A stretch of DNA of 61,027 bases, the filler included, from Sphacelaria rigidula (Eukaryota), in the NCBI GenBank assembly GCA_964200075.2. It is 6 parts of 6 records of this genome, joined end to end, with 100 filler letters (N's around TTAATTAATTAA, not from the genome) between each part and the next. Parts side by side here need not be neighbours in the genome. Positions count along the whole stretch, not along the records: positions 30,569 to 40,655 come from CAXNAA020007172.1; positions 40,756 to 50,841 come from CAXNAA020007173.1; 4 more parts are not named here. One strand, given 5' to 3'. Shown piece by piece: positions 35,447 to 48,554 of this stretch; positions within the stretch are counted from its first letter, which is position 1; each line of letters opens with the position of its first letter. Made by a program: the position numbers and the translations under genes. A model generated the notes under the pieces. The model had not been told where the DNA came from. It worked only from the letters and a program-made list of their open reading frames with translations, and made no database searches.

Positions 35447-36708
35447 TTACTTCTTATGTATGAAAAAACACGGTATCAAAAAAGCCCTCCTTCAACAGCA
35501 CGTTCTTCAATAGCATTTTTCGAAGTAGCCCTTCTTACGTGATCGACGCACTATCAACATTGAAAACGCAGTGTTCATTGTTTTCTGTGAGGTGTCCAGG
35601 CATAATTTTAAAGTCTGGGGCGCGCGAGAGAAACGCGGCACTCTGCTATCCTGTCGTGGTGTACGGTCCGTACTGACTGCAAACCTGTGATACTTTGCCT
35701 GAGCAATAATACATGGTGGGCTGCGTGACTCAAGACCATCAATAAGAACACCGCCTTCCTGTACCAACTGACTGTAGAAGTGACGGTTGTGCTTTTTCAC
35801 TGCACGGTAGTACTTGACCGAAACGACAGCACGGACAATAATACACACAACAGTGCTATATTGCATGCGTCGGCTGTACTAAAGTACTACAACAGTAGTA
35901 GCACTGTAAATAGTCCAGTGTGTACTGTCAGTACGGTCCTGTGTCTTCAAGGCTTGGGTGAGTAGGCAGTCTGTAGTGCAAAGTGATGTCTGTTCGCAAC
36001 AAGTTGCATGCACAGCTCTCAACTGACCTGCAAGTTCGCTGCACTGTACAGTACAGACACTACTGCTGTGTTGTACGCGTTAGATCTACCACAGCAGTAG
36101 CACTACCTCTCTCATAGTCTTCTATGTACTGTAAGTGCGGTCCTGTCTCTATAAGGCTTGGGTGCGTGGGTATTCTGTAAAGCATTGCGACGGCTGTTGT
36201 TGACAACACGCTGCGTGCACAGATCTGAACTGAGCTACAATTTTGCAATTCTGTACGGACGACATACAGCATAGACTGTCCTGTCTGTACAACAGTCGCC
36301 ATCGACCCTGCGCTCCATTGTTCTCATGGGGTGAAGGGCAAACACGCTACTGGCGAGCGAAGGACAGTGATGCAACACGCTGAGTGCCCGCGAGCACCAG
36401 CGATGGCAGTAGGAGTGATGGCAGCCGAGACATCACAGGTGCTGTCGTGGGCAGGCTGTTTGCAGCATTCCATTTATGGTGCCTCCAGTAGCAATCAACA
36501 GACAACAGTAACAACGTAGTCAGCTCGAACCGGTTGGCCTGGAACTGGGTCACTTGATCGTGTGGGATGAGCCAATCTACATATATTTTGTCGGAGGTAA
36601 AATGCGGGTGCAAGCTGTGAAGAGGGGTCTTGTCTGTGCAAATGATGAGTATGGGAGACAAGTGCAACTGCAGACAAAGATCGTATTTACTCCGCAATAC
36701 GAGTTTAA

Positions 36709-36823
36709 CTCTTAGACCGCGTAACCGTTAGACCGCGACATTAGTCTTTCTGGACCATGCATAACTCTTTTTCACTTGAAATTGATGCCGATTCAACAGA
36801 AGACTAGCCTCGCGGTCTAAGGG
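36709..36823. mobile_element. piggyBac-like MITE
   Basis: TTAA|CTCTTAGACCGCG...CGCGGTCTAAGGG|TTAA, with TTAA intact on both sides. Confidence 0.7.
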
Positions 36824-37082
36824 TTAACCGTTCCGCTGCTGGACCAAAAACTACCTGCGAAATAATAAACTCTCACAGCGAATTGCCGTCGAGGGTGCAA
36901 GTAGGATGCACGCACAGCAATGTGGTCAGCATCCCACGCTACAAAGTGAGGCGTTAGATCGATGCCTTGCGGACCCTCCAGCGTAAATGTCTCCAATGAG
37001 ATGGAAATGTGAGAAACTGTGAGAGAAGGGAAACACGGTGAATTTCATTCTGGAACAACGGAACGTAACAACGGAACGTGAT

Positions 37083-37083
<1 letters not shown>

Positions 37084-37137
<54 letters not shown>

Positions 37138-37278
37138 CCCACCCCCCCCGCCCGGCGACGGGGGGGATCGNNNNNNNNNNAAAAGAAAGAAGGAAAAGAA
37201 CAGCATTCTTTCCCCGCCGCCACCGAACACCCGAAAAACGCCCCCCCCCCCCCCCCCCCCCCCCCGCCCCCCTCCCCC
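37084..37278. repeat. Poly-C tracts around a 10-N gap (low-quality sequence)
   Basis: ~50 consecutive C, then N10 at 37171-37180. Confidence 0.8.
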
Positions 37279-38194
37279 GTTCCTTTCCTCCAGGGGTAAC
37301 TCATACTCGATGTGCCCGACAAAAGCTATAGGCAGCGCACAGTACAGTACAGCCAGTATTGCACAGTGCAAACAGTACAGTACAAGAGAGGATTACAGAG
37401 TACGGCAGTACAGACTTTCTACCTCCCGAGAGACCACAAACTCGCCCAACATGGATGCCTCGGTATCATGGAAGGGACATTCAAGGTCACAACTCTTCCT
37501 CTTGGAGAACATATGTGGTGTGAGGAACACATCTAAAGGGGCTGGGGGATGCAGTACTCTCCATCCTCTACGCTTGCTTGCCGCAACAATTCCCGCCCGT
37601 GGTCGTTCCTGCTTGCACGTGCATTAACACAGCACTCACCACATGATGCTCCCTGGCTGCTGGTGCTGCTGGTTGTGCTGCTAGTGATACTGCTGGTTCT
37701 TCTGTTCTGAAGGGGTTTCAGTGAAAGTTTCGATAGTTCTCCGCAAGCTGTTGTGCTTGATCTCTGATCGCTTTACCCGATGGACCAAGCGTGGACAGTA
37801 GTTTCGTATGCGTGATGTATGCTGTCTCCGCCAAAAGTTTGTAGTCACCGAGACCAGGGGCACACTATATTATGATTCTGTGCCACCCTACATGCCCGCC
37901 GCGCTAGAGATACATTGAGGGCGACGGTCACTAGTACAAATCCAGGCGGTAAAGAACGAGTGTCAAGTGATGAACGAGATTCGAGTCGCGTTACCAGGCA
38001 CCACATTTGCCTGTCACAGACATGGTGAGTGTGGTCGGTCAGCCGGCACAACTGAAATCAAAGAGGTGGTCGAAATAAAATGAATAATGTAGGATCATAC
38101 AGGTCCCAGAGAGCTCAGTTTTCTTACTATTGTTTAGGTCATACCACTTGGCAGAATGTATGAATAACTTTCTTCGGGAAATACAAGAGTAAAG

Positions 38195-38309
38195 AAAAAG
38201 CTCCTGTGTTGACCTTCCTCCTGTGTGACCCCGGCTGATGCACCCACATACACCGAAAGGTGTAGACTGGTGCCCAGAATAAATGGGACGACAACACAAC
38301 ACACACACA
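38195..38309 (+). mobile_element. 3' fragment of the tRNA-derived SINE
   Basis: CTCCTGTGTTGACCTTCC...GAAAGGTGTAGACTGG...GGGACGACAACAC(AC)n, as in the full copies. Confidence 0.75.
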
Positions 38310-40655
38310 TGTGTAAAACAGAATACGGTACTGTTATACTCAGTTGGCAGGGTGCTACGGTTGATTCTCAGTTCGAGTCGGGTTTAGTATGGACAGCGAA
38401 ATCCGGATTCTTAACGGGGCTGTGGCCCTGCTCGTAGCGTGCCAGTATTTATATTGAGGACGAGTACTACTGTACTGTACTGTACTGTGTTTGAGGAGGC
38501 GTTTGAATGTCCGTCGTGACAGTCCCGATTGAATTGCCGCCGCGTTTCGCACGTTGTAGCACACAGATCTAGCATACAAGCATTCACACAGGCACTTAGT
38601 CACAAACATCAGACGGATATACACACGTGTTCACAAGAAGAAACTGCGTGGCGTCTCTTCTGCCGCTGGAATTGCTGACTTGCTGCGGCCTATGAATTTG
38701 GACAAGACCTCAGCGGATACTTACACTAGTCCGCCCTAGGTTCTACGGCGCACCTCCTGCTGCTGCAATTGCCATGCTGGTGATGTAGCGCTGAGGGCAG
38801 AAGGACACGGTCCGGTGAAGCTTGAATGTGTTGTCTAGATCACATCATCATACCGTGACAAAATTTCGGGCCTGCACCCTAGAAAAGTTGGCCATGAGTA
38901 GCAGTGCTATCGTAGTGTGGCGTGATATACGGTGGATACCACCCGTAACATCAAAACCATGCTATGCTGGCGGCACATCAACGTAGCGACACAGAAAGTT
39001 CCGTTCTGCGCAAAGAAGGTGAGCCTGTCACTGGAGAGCAGCACGGGATGGCTCCGACACGGTTTCTTGTCCGGCGAATGCTCGACACCCGGGCGACACC
39101 ACTCATCCCCCGACAGTATAATACGCTCCGCACGAGACAATCCTGCGTATTCTTCCAGATTATCCTATTCCTAGCTTTTGGAGTCGGTTGTTTTGAAGCG
39201 TCAACACCGGTCGTTCGGGGTATTCCATGCAGTACCGCTGCATCGAAGGATGTGGCGAAGCACTTAATCGGAGAAACCGATTCTTGCTCCAAAGAGGGGG
39301 GGCAGCAGAGAGGTGGATGCGGGGGAAGAGCACGAGTGGATCAGATAACGTTTTCGGCGGCGGTGGAGAGCGGGGAAAAGCGGAAGGGGGGACATCGGCG
39401 GGGACTTGTGGTTTTCCGTAGGGTGAAACTTGCTGAACTGGGCATTGTTCCATCCTACTCGCGGAGGTTAGGGCACGATAGCAGCAGCAGTGGCAGCGAC
39501 AGCGGCGGGAGGAGAAGGGTGGTGGTGGTGGGGGGGGGTTGCTTGGCTCGTATACCCTTGGAGACTTGGTGGCATAGTTTATTAATGCAGCTCAGCCAGT
39601 CTGATTGCGGTGGTGGAGAAGAGTGAGGTCGTGTGCGGACCATGAACTCCATATCACCTCGTCAAGACAACACGTATGTCACAACACGTCACAATGCGAT
39701 GTAACCCCCTACACGTGTACTCAATCAAATCACCACACGTCAGGTCAGTCACTCCTTCGTAGATCCTACTCGTAGATCTCCCACAAGATATCCAGTTACT
39801 CGAATACCCCCCCTAACCTGTCATATCTTCGTACGGTATCAAAAGAAAATCAAGGGAAAAATTTTGCCCATGCAAAAAGGAATCCTCTCTTCCGCTCACT
39901 ATCCGCGAAGACTCGAACAATCAAAGGTAGAAAAATCAGTCACATGCTCTCCTACTGAACACACAGTCTCGACCCAGTTGGGGAAGCAACTGACCACATA
40001 CCGTCTCAACCCAATCTAGCCCCGGCCGGGGAGATCAAAACATAGCTTCCACACTCTGAAGGGTCGTACCGAGGTGACCCTCGAGGCATCAGAGGTGAGC
40101 GTCCGCTGATTCAAAACCACGCGGAAAAATCGGAACAAGAGCTTCACTCCTGCTCCCGACCCAGAATCAACCGTGAAACATCCTGTACTCCCATATTCAT
40201 CTCCATGATTCAATCTCTCATCCAAAAACAAAAAAATGTAATGCCATCTCCACGCAAAAATAGGTCATCGAACACCAAGCCCAATCCGCAGTGAACTCCT
40301 TTGAACAAATATATGGAAGTTAACAAGCATGCATTTGCATTACTTCCACATCACGTCAGACGTCAGCGATAATCTCAGACAGAACGAAAATATTACAATT
40401 CTACTTCACCAGACATCATGCCTCATACGCTGTCTCTTACTGCTCCGACATCAGAATCCCACTGTCTACTGTAACCGATGTCAATTTCCCCCCCCCCTGC
40501 CTCTGCAGGTGGTCTACACAGTCTAACTCCCCCCGTTCCACGTAGTGTTTAAATGGTGAGGCACCCGTGAGGCAGTGTATAAGCTGTGGCGGTCTCTGGA
40601 AGTGGCGATACCAGAAAATAAAGCAACTCATTATAGGCTGTAATCTAAATGCGAG

Positions 40656-40755
40656 NNNNNNNNNNNNNNNNNNNNNNNNNNNNNNNNNNNNNNNNNNNNT
40701 TAATTAATTAANNNNNNNNNNNNNNNNNNNNNNNNNNNNNNNNNNNNNNNNNNNN
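40656..40755. other. Artificial assembly spacer
   Basis: N44-TTAATTAATTAA-N44. Confidence 0.97.
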
Positions 40756-41024
40756 CGTGCTATGGGTCCCAAGATATAGAGTTTTTCCCGCCAGGTGCCT
40801 TAAGCGTATCTCAATTGGTACATTTCCCTCTAGCCGAGGCTTCCCAAAGGGTTAACGCTTGGACCGCGAGGATAGGTCACCTGCTGAATCGGCATCAATT
40901 TCACCTGAACAAAATATGTGTGATCCAGATGGACTACCCGCACTAAAAGGGGGGTATCTCAAACTCGAGATTCTCGGAATATTGTCTTTCCCTTGTCCCA
41001 ATTTGTTTTTGAATCTATAAGAAC

Positions 41025-41371
41025 GGTCGCCCCGGTGGCTCAGTTGGTAACCTCGAAGCCTTCTGACGGTTAGGTCGTGGGTTCAATTATCGGAGTGATC
41101 TGGGATTTTTTCTCACATCATTCTCAGCAGTGGAGAGCGACTATGTCGTGGGCACACAAAATTCGACTGAATGGTCGACGAGGGAAAGGGACTGCTGAAC
41201 CCCTCCCGCAATAAAACAAAAAGGCAAGCACCGCAGAAGGAAGGTGGGGTACTCAAAACAAATTAAAAATTAAAAAGCTCCTGTGTTGACCTTCCTCCTG
41301 CGTGACCCCGGCTGATATGCGCCCACATAAACCGAAAGGCGTAGACTGGCGTCCAGAATAGATGGAACGAC

Positions 41372-41417
<46 letters not shown>
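41025..41417 (+). mobile_element. tRNA-derived SINE with (CA)n tail
   Basis: A box TGGCTCAGTTGG, B box GGTTCAA, conserved ~250-bp body, (CA)n tail; four copies in the window. Confidence 0.8.
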
Positions 41418-41418
<1 letters not shown>

Positions 41419-44135
41419 CTTCCATCCCAACCATCCATCCTCAAACAAATATGTATTTATCAATTAATTCATTTTATTATCTTCTCCTTGTCCAAAACAA
41501 AAAATAAACCAAACGACCAAGATTAAAACATTTATAATCAACTTAATTTTCATTTAAGCAATTTTACTGCTGTACTGGAATCTATACGGTTTGAATATAT
41601 TTCATTCTTTTTCGGTTGTAAACAGTAATTTACAGTTGAATATAGCAGGAACCTCGAATTTGAGATAATTCCAACACGGGACGTGACGACATGACACCAG
41701 CCCTAGATCGCAACGGCAAGATGTTACACAACACTCCGCAAGCGCCAAAGACCGACGCGTCGTGAGTTGTGAGTCCAGTTTTTGTGTCGATGCGGAGAGA
41801 CTCGGGAACCATTTCCGGGGAGAAAGGGGTGTGGCGGCTGTTTCGTTGTGGCGTTTGTGGACGGCGAATGGGCGGGAGAAGAGCCGAATGTGTGGGCGCC
41901 ATGGTTGGAGTTGGCGCGTAAATTCCCTTGCGCGCGGTGTGTGTCATGAAGATGCATACTAGCCTGTTTTCATGCCGCTTCAGACCCGTTGTCGAAGTCT
42001 GGCTTTCGTTGTCGAAGTCTGACTTTCGGTAATATTGGGAATCTCGGTAGATAAGGAATCCCGGTAGACAAGACTACAGGTCTGTTCAGAGTTGGTCGGA
42101 TACGAATGTGAACTTGTATGATTACAGGGATGGCTTTGTCTTTGATCGTGCTTCATGATCAAAGCCCCCCCCCCCATCAACCACTATCAACTGCTCCCCT
42201 CTGCTAGCCAGCAAAAGGAAGTCTAACCATCGGTGAGAGATATTGGCTGGTCTGGGTTGGATTGATTGAGTGGGTATTGGAGTTAGAATCAAGATAATCA
42301 AGAGAGGAGTAAATAATCTATTGCGTGAACCTCGTCTAATGTTTTGATACTGAGCAGGTCACACGGTATCTACAAGTTGTAACAGCCTGACGTTTGTACA
42401 CTTGCCTGCCAAGCTTGTGCTTTGGGTTGCAAGCTGTGTCCTTGCATTATACTGCCGCATGCTCTTCATTATATTGACGTTCGACTAAGGAACTTCCTCT
42501 TTGGCTATTGCGTTTCTTTCTTGTACCGATTTGTATCCCTGACTGCCAGCTGTGTACTCCAGCTTTTTGATCATTTGCCCTCTTTTCCCCTTCAGGACGG
42601 TTTCAGTCAAACCTACCGCCAGGTAGTCAGTAGCTCTACAAGCTTCTGCCCCGCGTGTCTCTCGGTAAAGTATTTGTGCCCAGCTACTTGCAATTGCTGT
42701 AGCGCTCGACGGCACATCTAGTCTGGCCAACGTGGGGTCAACGCGCACTGCTTGCTATTCTTGCCGTGCTGTCAATTTGACATCACCTGCACAAGGCTCC
42801 ACGGTTTCAGGTCCGCCTGTACGTCTGCGATCTTCCGTGATTCACCAGCCCGGTACGACCACCGCACCAAGCCATCGTTGGCTCGTGTATTTGGCCTTGT
42901 GGCCCCCTTTCCTTCTGCAGAATAAGTCTTCTTCTACAGGTTTGTACAGAACACCAGTGCACAAAAGGCGCATTGTTGTTCATAAGCCAGCCGCTGTTCC
43001 TGACCGGAGCTCCTGCCTACCGGCACCCTGCTGCTCTTATTTTTCAGTATCGATTGTACGCGACTGTTGTATCTTTCCTTCACGAAATTACTGAACAAGT
43101 ACAAACCGTGTTTACACAGTGTGATAACGGACGTCTGTACACGAACTTTGAATTGTTCCGTCACTTTACCTTCGTTGCTCGTAGCTACCTTGTTGTTGTT
43201 GTAGCTTTAGCTTCGCTGCTTGTGGCTACTTTGTTCTTGTTGTCCTCTTGTGTACTTCGCAAAACCGTAAGACAACGCGGTACATCACCGTGGTGAGTTT
43301 TTTCTCCATTGACCTCCTCTCGAACGAACAAACTTATTCTTCCGAGACGGTTTTGTTACGATACTACTGGTTGAAACATTTCAAACCCCCGTTACGTGCT
43401 CATTTGAACAGATAGCACTCGAAATCGGTGCCCCTCGCCTGTGCACTCCAAAGTTTTCGGCACCCGCTCTCAGCGTTGCCCCTGTTGTGCATCACATTAC
43501 CTTTGCTCCACATACATACGTTGTCTCGACTTCGTTGGACAACAAGCCTTCGCTCTGCACTACGCAGCCCGAGTTCGCGGTCTACAACCCCACCTTTGTA
43601 GAAGCTTTTGTGCTGCCTTACGCTGCACAGTTTTTTGTGCGCATCTGCGAAAAAATATATATGTATATATATATATATTTCATTTGCACACAGCCAGTCG
43701 TCCCTCAACTTGTGCTGGGATATACAGTTATAGTCTGCCCGTGACGCTACACCCGGAACACGTATAAGTTGTTCTTCCACGTACCAACGCTACTACAGAC
43801 AATCGGGTCTTCGCTTGTCTTCGACGACATACGTCTGTTGTGTACACAACCCCGTGCTAGCTATTACCGCCGCAACTTAAATAAAGTTGTATTAATCAGA
43901 CCCCGGACATAGTTGTTGCAGACCGCAATTTGCTTGAATAAATTACTCGTGTAAATCAGGTCCCACGGTCCCCTCCGGCGCTATTAGACTTCCTTATCCA
44001 GTATTTCCGGATACAAGCTTCGGCTTTTGCACTTAGCATCTTTTGGCGTCACGCTCCTTTGATTGGAGCCCGCAGATCAGACATACTGCACCTTCCTTTT
44101 TTTCTTTTTAGGCACAAAGGCTGCGTACGATTTTC

Positions 44136-47100
44136 ATGTCGCACAGAAATAGCGCTGGCTCTTCCCCTCAATTGGGAAACCAACCGCTTCGCCGGACCCG
44201 GAGTCAAACTACTGGCGGTTCGAAATCTTTCAAGATGAGCGGCACGCCACCTTCAACACATCGCCGCACGTATGCGAGCGCTGTTCGTTCTTCGGGATCT
44301 GAAGACCAACATTCGAGCGAAGCTCATTCTTCAAGGCTTGAAGACCAACATTCGAGCGAAGCTCATTCTTCAAGGCTTGAAGACCAGACTTTGACGCCGA
44401 GACCTGTTCTCTCACGTTCCAACCCGGACTCAGAGAATATGGTAGTGCAACCGGCCGAGTTATTGGTTCCTGACGCGCATGTCAGTGAGCCCATAACGGT
44501 GGATTTCGTCGCACACCCCTCGCTGGCCCCTGCTCCCCCGAATCCCAATGTGGAATCCGGAGTTAGGATTGTGCCCTCAGCCGAGTCGTTGCCCCTGGAC
44601 ACACGTGTCCAGCTCGGCCCTGCCACGGTTGCTTCAACCGTGGCACCCCATCGCTTGACGGCTGACAACTCTCGAGACGATTCTGTCCCGACGAAGCACA
44701 TCGCTTCTGGAGCAAGAGACTTTGTCACACGGGCTGCTTCCGTTACGGACCCCCTTCGCACGACTCTTGAAAGTCCCGTGCGCCCTACTGCGCAGTCCAA
44801 TGTCGGACCTGCAGTTGCGGCCATGCATGCTGCCATGCAAACTCTACATCGCACCTCCTCGGCGTCGTCGCCATCGCCAGCGCCAGCTCTCATCGAGGCA
44901 TTTACGGCTTTCTGCCACGCAACGCTCCAAGACCAATCGGCGTCTGCTCATGAGCAATTCAATGATGATTCTGCACCCGCCACGCACACACCTGTACGTC
45001 TGGCGACCCGTTCGGCGACATCGCGTCCTCCGTTCGTCACTCATGATAAATTCAACGAACGTGAGTCCAGCCCTTCGTCAACGTCGCAGCAGAGCCATAC
45101 TCGCGCTTCTGACCGGCGCCGCGCACCGAGACTTGGTCATGACCATGTCTCCCGTTCTGGTAGTTCTAAGGGCCACTCCCAGCTTGAATTCATCGCGCAC
45201 TTCCACTTGCCCGAAGAACATCGCTCACGGACGCAAATATGACGGTAGTTCCCGCCATAGTTCCAATTCATCTCGCGCTCCAAAGCGCCCGGTGATTGCT
45301 AACCATGGCCGTACTCACGAGGATGCCTTGCGGCCCAGATCAAGTTCTTCGCGCGTTAACTCGCGCTCGAACAACCCCGATGATGCACCTTCGCGCATCC
45401 CTACTGCTCAGCCTTTGTCACACAACCATCATTTACGCAATGATAACACTGTACATGCTGACGATATCCAAAACATATTTTCGGACATGTCACCGGCTCC
45501 GGAATCCTCAATTTCAGAATCCGACCGCACCTCATCGCACAACCGACGACAACGCACTGACCGCGAACCACCGTCCCGTTTCCGACGCTGCGCTTATTCG
45601 TACTCTACAACAACGTTTGACAGATCTCGAACGGCTACTCGCGACAGCAACTATGGACGCCCAACGCACTACCGCTACTACCAGCAAGACCATTCGCGCT
45701 CCCGCAGCTACTGCTGCCGCTACCGCGACTGCTGCGCCTCCGGCCGCCCCTGCGCCGGCTCAGACAACCGCCGCCGCTCCGCCTGCTATCAACACGGATG
45801 CCGATAGCGGCTCCACCACGGCCCCTGTGTGCCCTCCCTCATCCGTGGAGGTTCTCCCTCCGCTTGGCGATGAGCACTGCCCCACCGGCCTGCTGTTACG
45901 CCTTTTCACCAACCGGCCACGCGCTGAACAGCAACAACTCATCGCTGACTATAAGTCGCAGGAGCCTGCGCTGACGCAAAAACTCTCAGGCAAACAACGC
46001 GATGCCGACGCCACCGCTGCCCGCCTCCTTCTGGAGGAGCACGAGAGTACCCTCAAGGACCTCCAGCGGCAGGCCTCTCTAGCTCAATCCACGAGCACGG
46101 CTGCTCAACGAGCGCTCGACGAAGGCCGTACGGCGGCTACGGCCGCTCAAAGACGGGTTCGTCAACTCGAAGATCATGTTCAGCGGACCGCCCAAGCAGC
46201 GGCCTCGTCGGCGGCCCGCCTGACTGATCATCAAGCCGCTCCGCCTTCCACCGACAACTTGCTCAGGCCCCACCTGTCGGCGTCCAACAGAGCGTCGTAT
46301 GTCATCCCTCGCAAGTCCAACAGGACGTCGCCTGCTGCGGCCGCTGCCGCCACCACGACGCCTCCGACACCGCCGCGTCACGGAGTTAGCTTGGTGCCGC
46401 ACACAGTTTCTTCGCCAAACTTGCGACTGGTGTCTCACGAACGAGAATGGCTTTCTCGTCCTGTGTCGACCTATACCGATCCCTTCGACCGGCGAAACCA
46501 CCTGCACTGCTCCCCAACCGCCTGGGCCTTGATATCCCAACGTAACTTTTACACGGTTGGGTGTATGTCGAGCAGAGCGGCTTCCTCCCCAAGGCAGGCG
46601 TCTCGGTGCCCACTTTGGGCCAACTAGTGTTGTAGACTACAGTTGGCGATCACCGGGACCACCACACTTACGTTGAAGCAGTCGAGGAACTTTTTCCGGC
46701 GCTTCGCGCTGCCTACAAAACTCATCCCGGCGCTACCCTCAACGGAGACGAAGATGAAGATGGGTGGACTCCCGCAACATCCAACTGCCGGGGACCAAAG
46801 AAAAACCACCAGCGCGACGACGATGATACTGATGGAGGTATTCACGCCGCCGCCATGGCGGTGGAGGATCTTCTTCAAGCAGTTCCGGACCGAACCGCCC
46901 GCCCCGCAAGCCGAAAGGCAAGCACGCTGGAGGCAACTCTTCCGGCTCATCCGCATCGGCCTGGAACCGGTCCGGTGCAGCTCTTCCCGCCTTGGGCTCG
47001 GAGACCCCCAGGCAAGTGGTTTCCAAGTTGGCTGATGTTTCGGCCCGCATTTTAGGTTTGTCCGATACGGATACACCTGACCGTCCTTTGTCTTCTACTG

Positions 47101-48554
47101 CAGCCCGCGCTTTAGCAACCGCCGCGGCGGACAAAGAACGTTCGGAAGCTAGCAAAAAAGAAGCTCCCTATAGAGCTGAGTCTGCCCGAGTAGCTGCAAT
47201 ACAAAGACAGTATATTCAGATGGATGTGAAAAACAAAACCATGCCTACCGCGGATAACGAAGATTCGGGCCAGTTTACTTCTGCCCTCATCACGTCCATC
47301 CGCCGCACTTTTTGTAACATCCTTCACTTGGCGGATGTCACTGAACCACAACGTTTCGAAGACTCAGACTGGGTAGAGGGCTGGCAGACTCCCTTGCACA
47401 AAGCAATGCATCGATCGATCAGTCGCCGCTCTCCCGACCTCGCTGCTTCTTTGACGCAGGTGCTCGACGGATTCCTCGCCGAGATGGATCCGGATCGTTC
47501 CCAAGGGAAGACAGGCCCGCAATTACTCTCTGATTTTGAAAGGCGTTTCATAGGTTACTTTGACAAACGTGATCAAGCCAGCGTCATCCAGAGGCTGAGC
47601 TCTTTTGTCGTCGCATCTGATGTCCCCTTCGCGGATTATCGCCGCGAATTTAAGCTTTTGGTTTCGGGTACGACGGGTGTCGGACGCCAAAATGGACCGA
47701 GCGATGCGATGTGTCAGACTTACGTTCGCAATAGCGTTACTCAACAGTATCCGGCTCTGATGCCGTCGTTGTTTCCGGGTCTCTTGGCGCATCGTGAGGT
47801 GCCTTACGCCTCCGTTGATACTATGCGGTCTCCTTTTGTATACCAGGAGAGTAATCTAACACCTGCCATACGTGGCAAACCTTCAACGTCTGCGCGTTCA
47901 CAACCTACGCTTGTGTCCTCCGCTCATGCCCAAGGGGCTCGCGGGAGGAATTCGAGCTCGTCTCGCGCTTCATGGACTCTCGACTCAGTCGCCGGTTCAG
48001 TTATGCATGTTCAGAGTACCGGAGATGCATTTAGCGCGAGTTTTGACGGTTGGCCGTTTCCCGAGGAAACTTGGGATGATGTTTATCTGACTTCAACCAC
48101 GGCATTCAGAACCGATGACCCCCATTTGTGGAACCCACTTCTTTCGTCTTCCGCTAGACGCAATGCCTTCAGCAGTCATGCCAACAGTTGTATGAACTGC
48201 AGTGTTCAAGGCCACACCATGCGCGACTGTGACAGTCCACGCATCAATGCCTTTGATCTCGTGAATCCTGAATTACAGGACAATGAACCCGCGTGGCGCC
48301 GATGGCAAAAACGCATACGCCATTATCGTCGGCCATCTCGAACTTACCGCAACAATTCGAACCAACGTGGCAACAAAAGCTCTAATCGCGGTCGCTGACA
48401 CAACAACAATCACGGAAACCCTCGCCAGAACGATCAAAATTCTCGCGACAGCAAAAGTTCCGCTAATAGACACCAGCGGACGGGACCGACACAAAGTTCT
48501 AATCCCAACACCAGAAACCCTGGTACCTTCACTTCAGATCGCTTAGATCCATGA
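44136..48554 (+). pseudogene. gag: Very large gag-like ORF (~4.4 kb), disrupted
   Basis: ORFs 44136-45242, 45296-46627, 46992-48398; 39-bp repeat at 44301-44378; FVVASDVPFADYRREFKLLVS; knuckle CMNCSVQGHTMRDC; ends DP* at 48552-48554, as in copy A. Confidence 0.78.

Noticed and set aside
37038-37371. Poly-Pro/poly-Gly ORFs
   Set aside because: Translations of poly-C tracts beside a gap; low-quality sequence.
35507-38890. Scattered exon-like minus-strand pieces
   Set aside because: Contain stops, cannot be joined, and show no identifiable motif.
38964-39626. 220-aa plus-strand ORF
   Set aside because: No recognisable domain or supported start/splice structure.
41025-41100. Functional tRNA-Arg genes at 41025, 55029 and 57885
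   Set aside because: Degenerate stems, always followed by the same body and CA tail, so SINE heads.
48396-48398. TGA ending ORF 46992-48398 as the gag stop or a readthrough site
   Set aside because: Copy A is open through the equivalent region and homology continues to DP* at 48554; most likely a CGA>TGA decay mutation.
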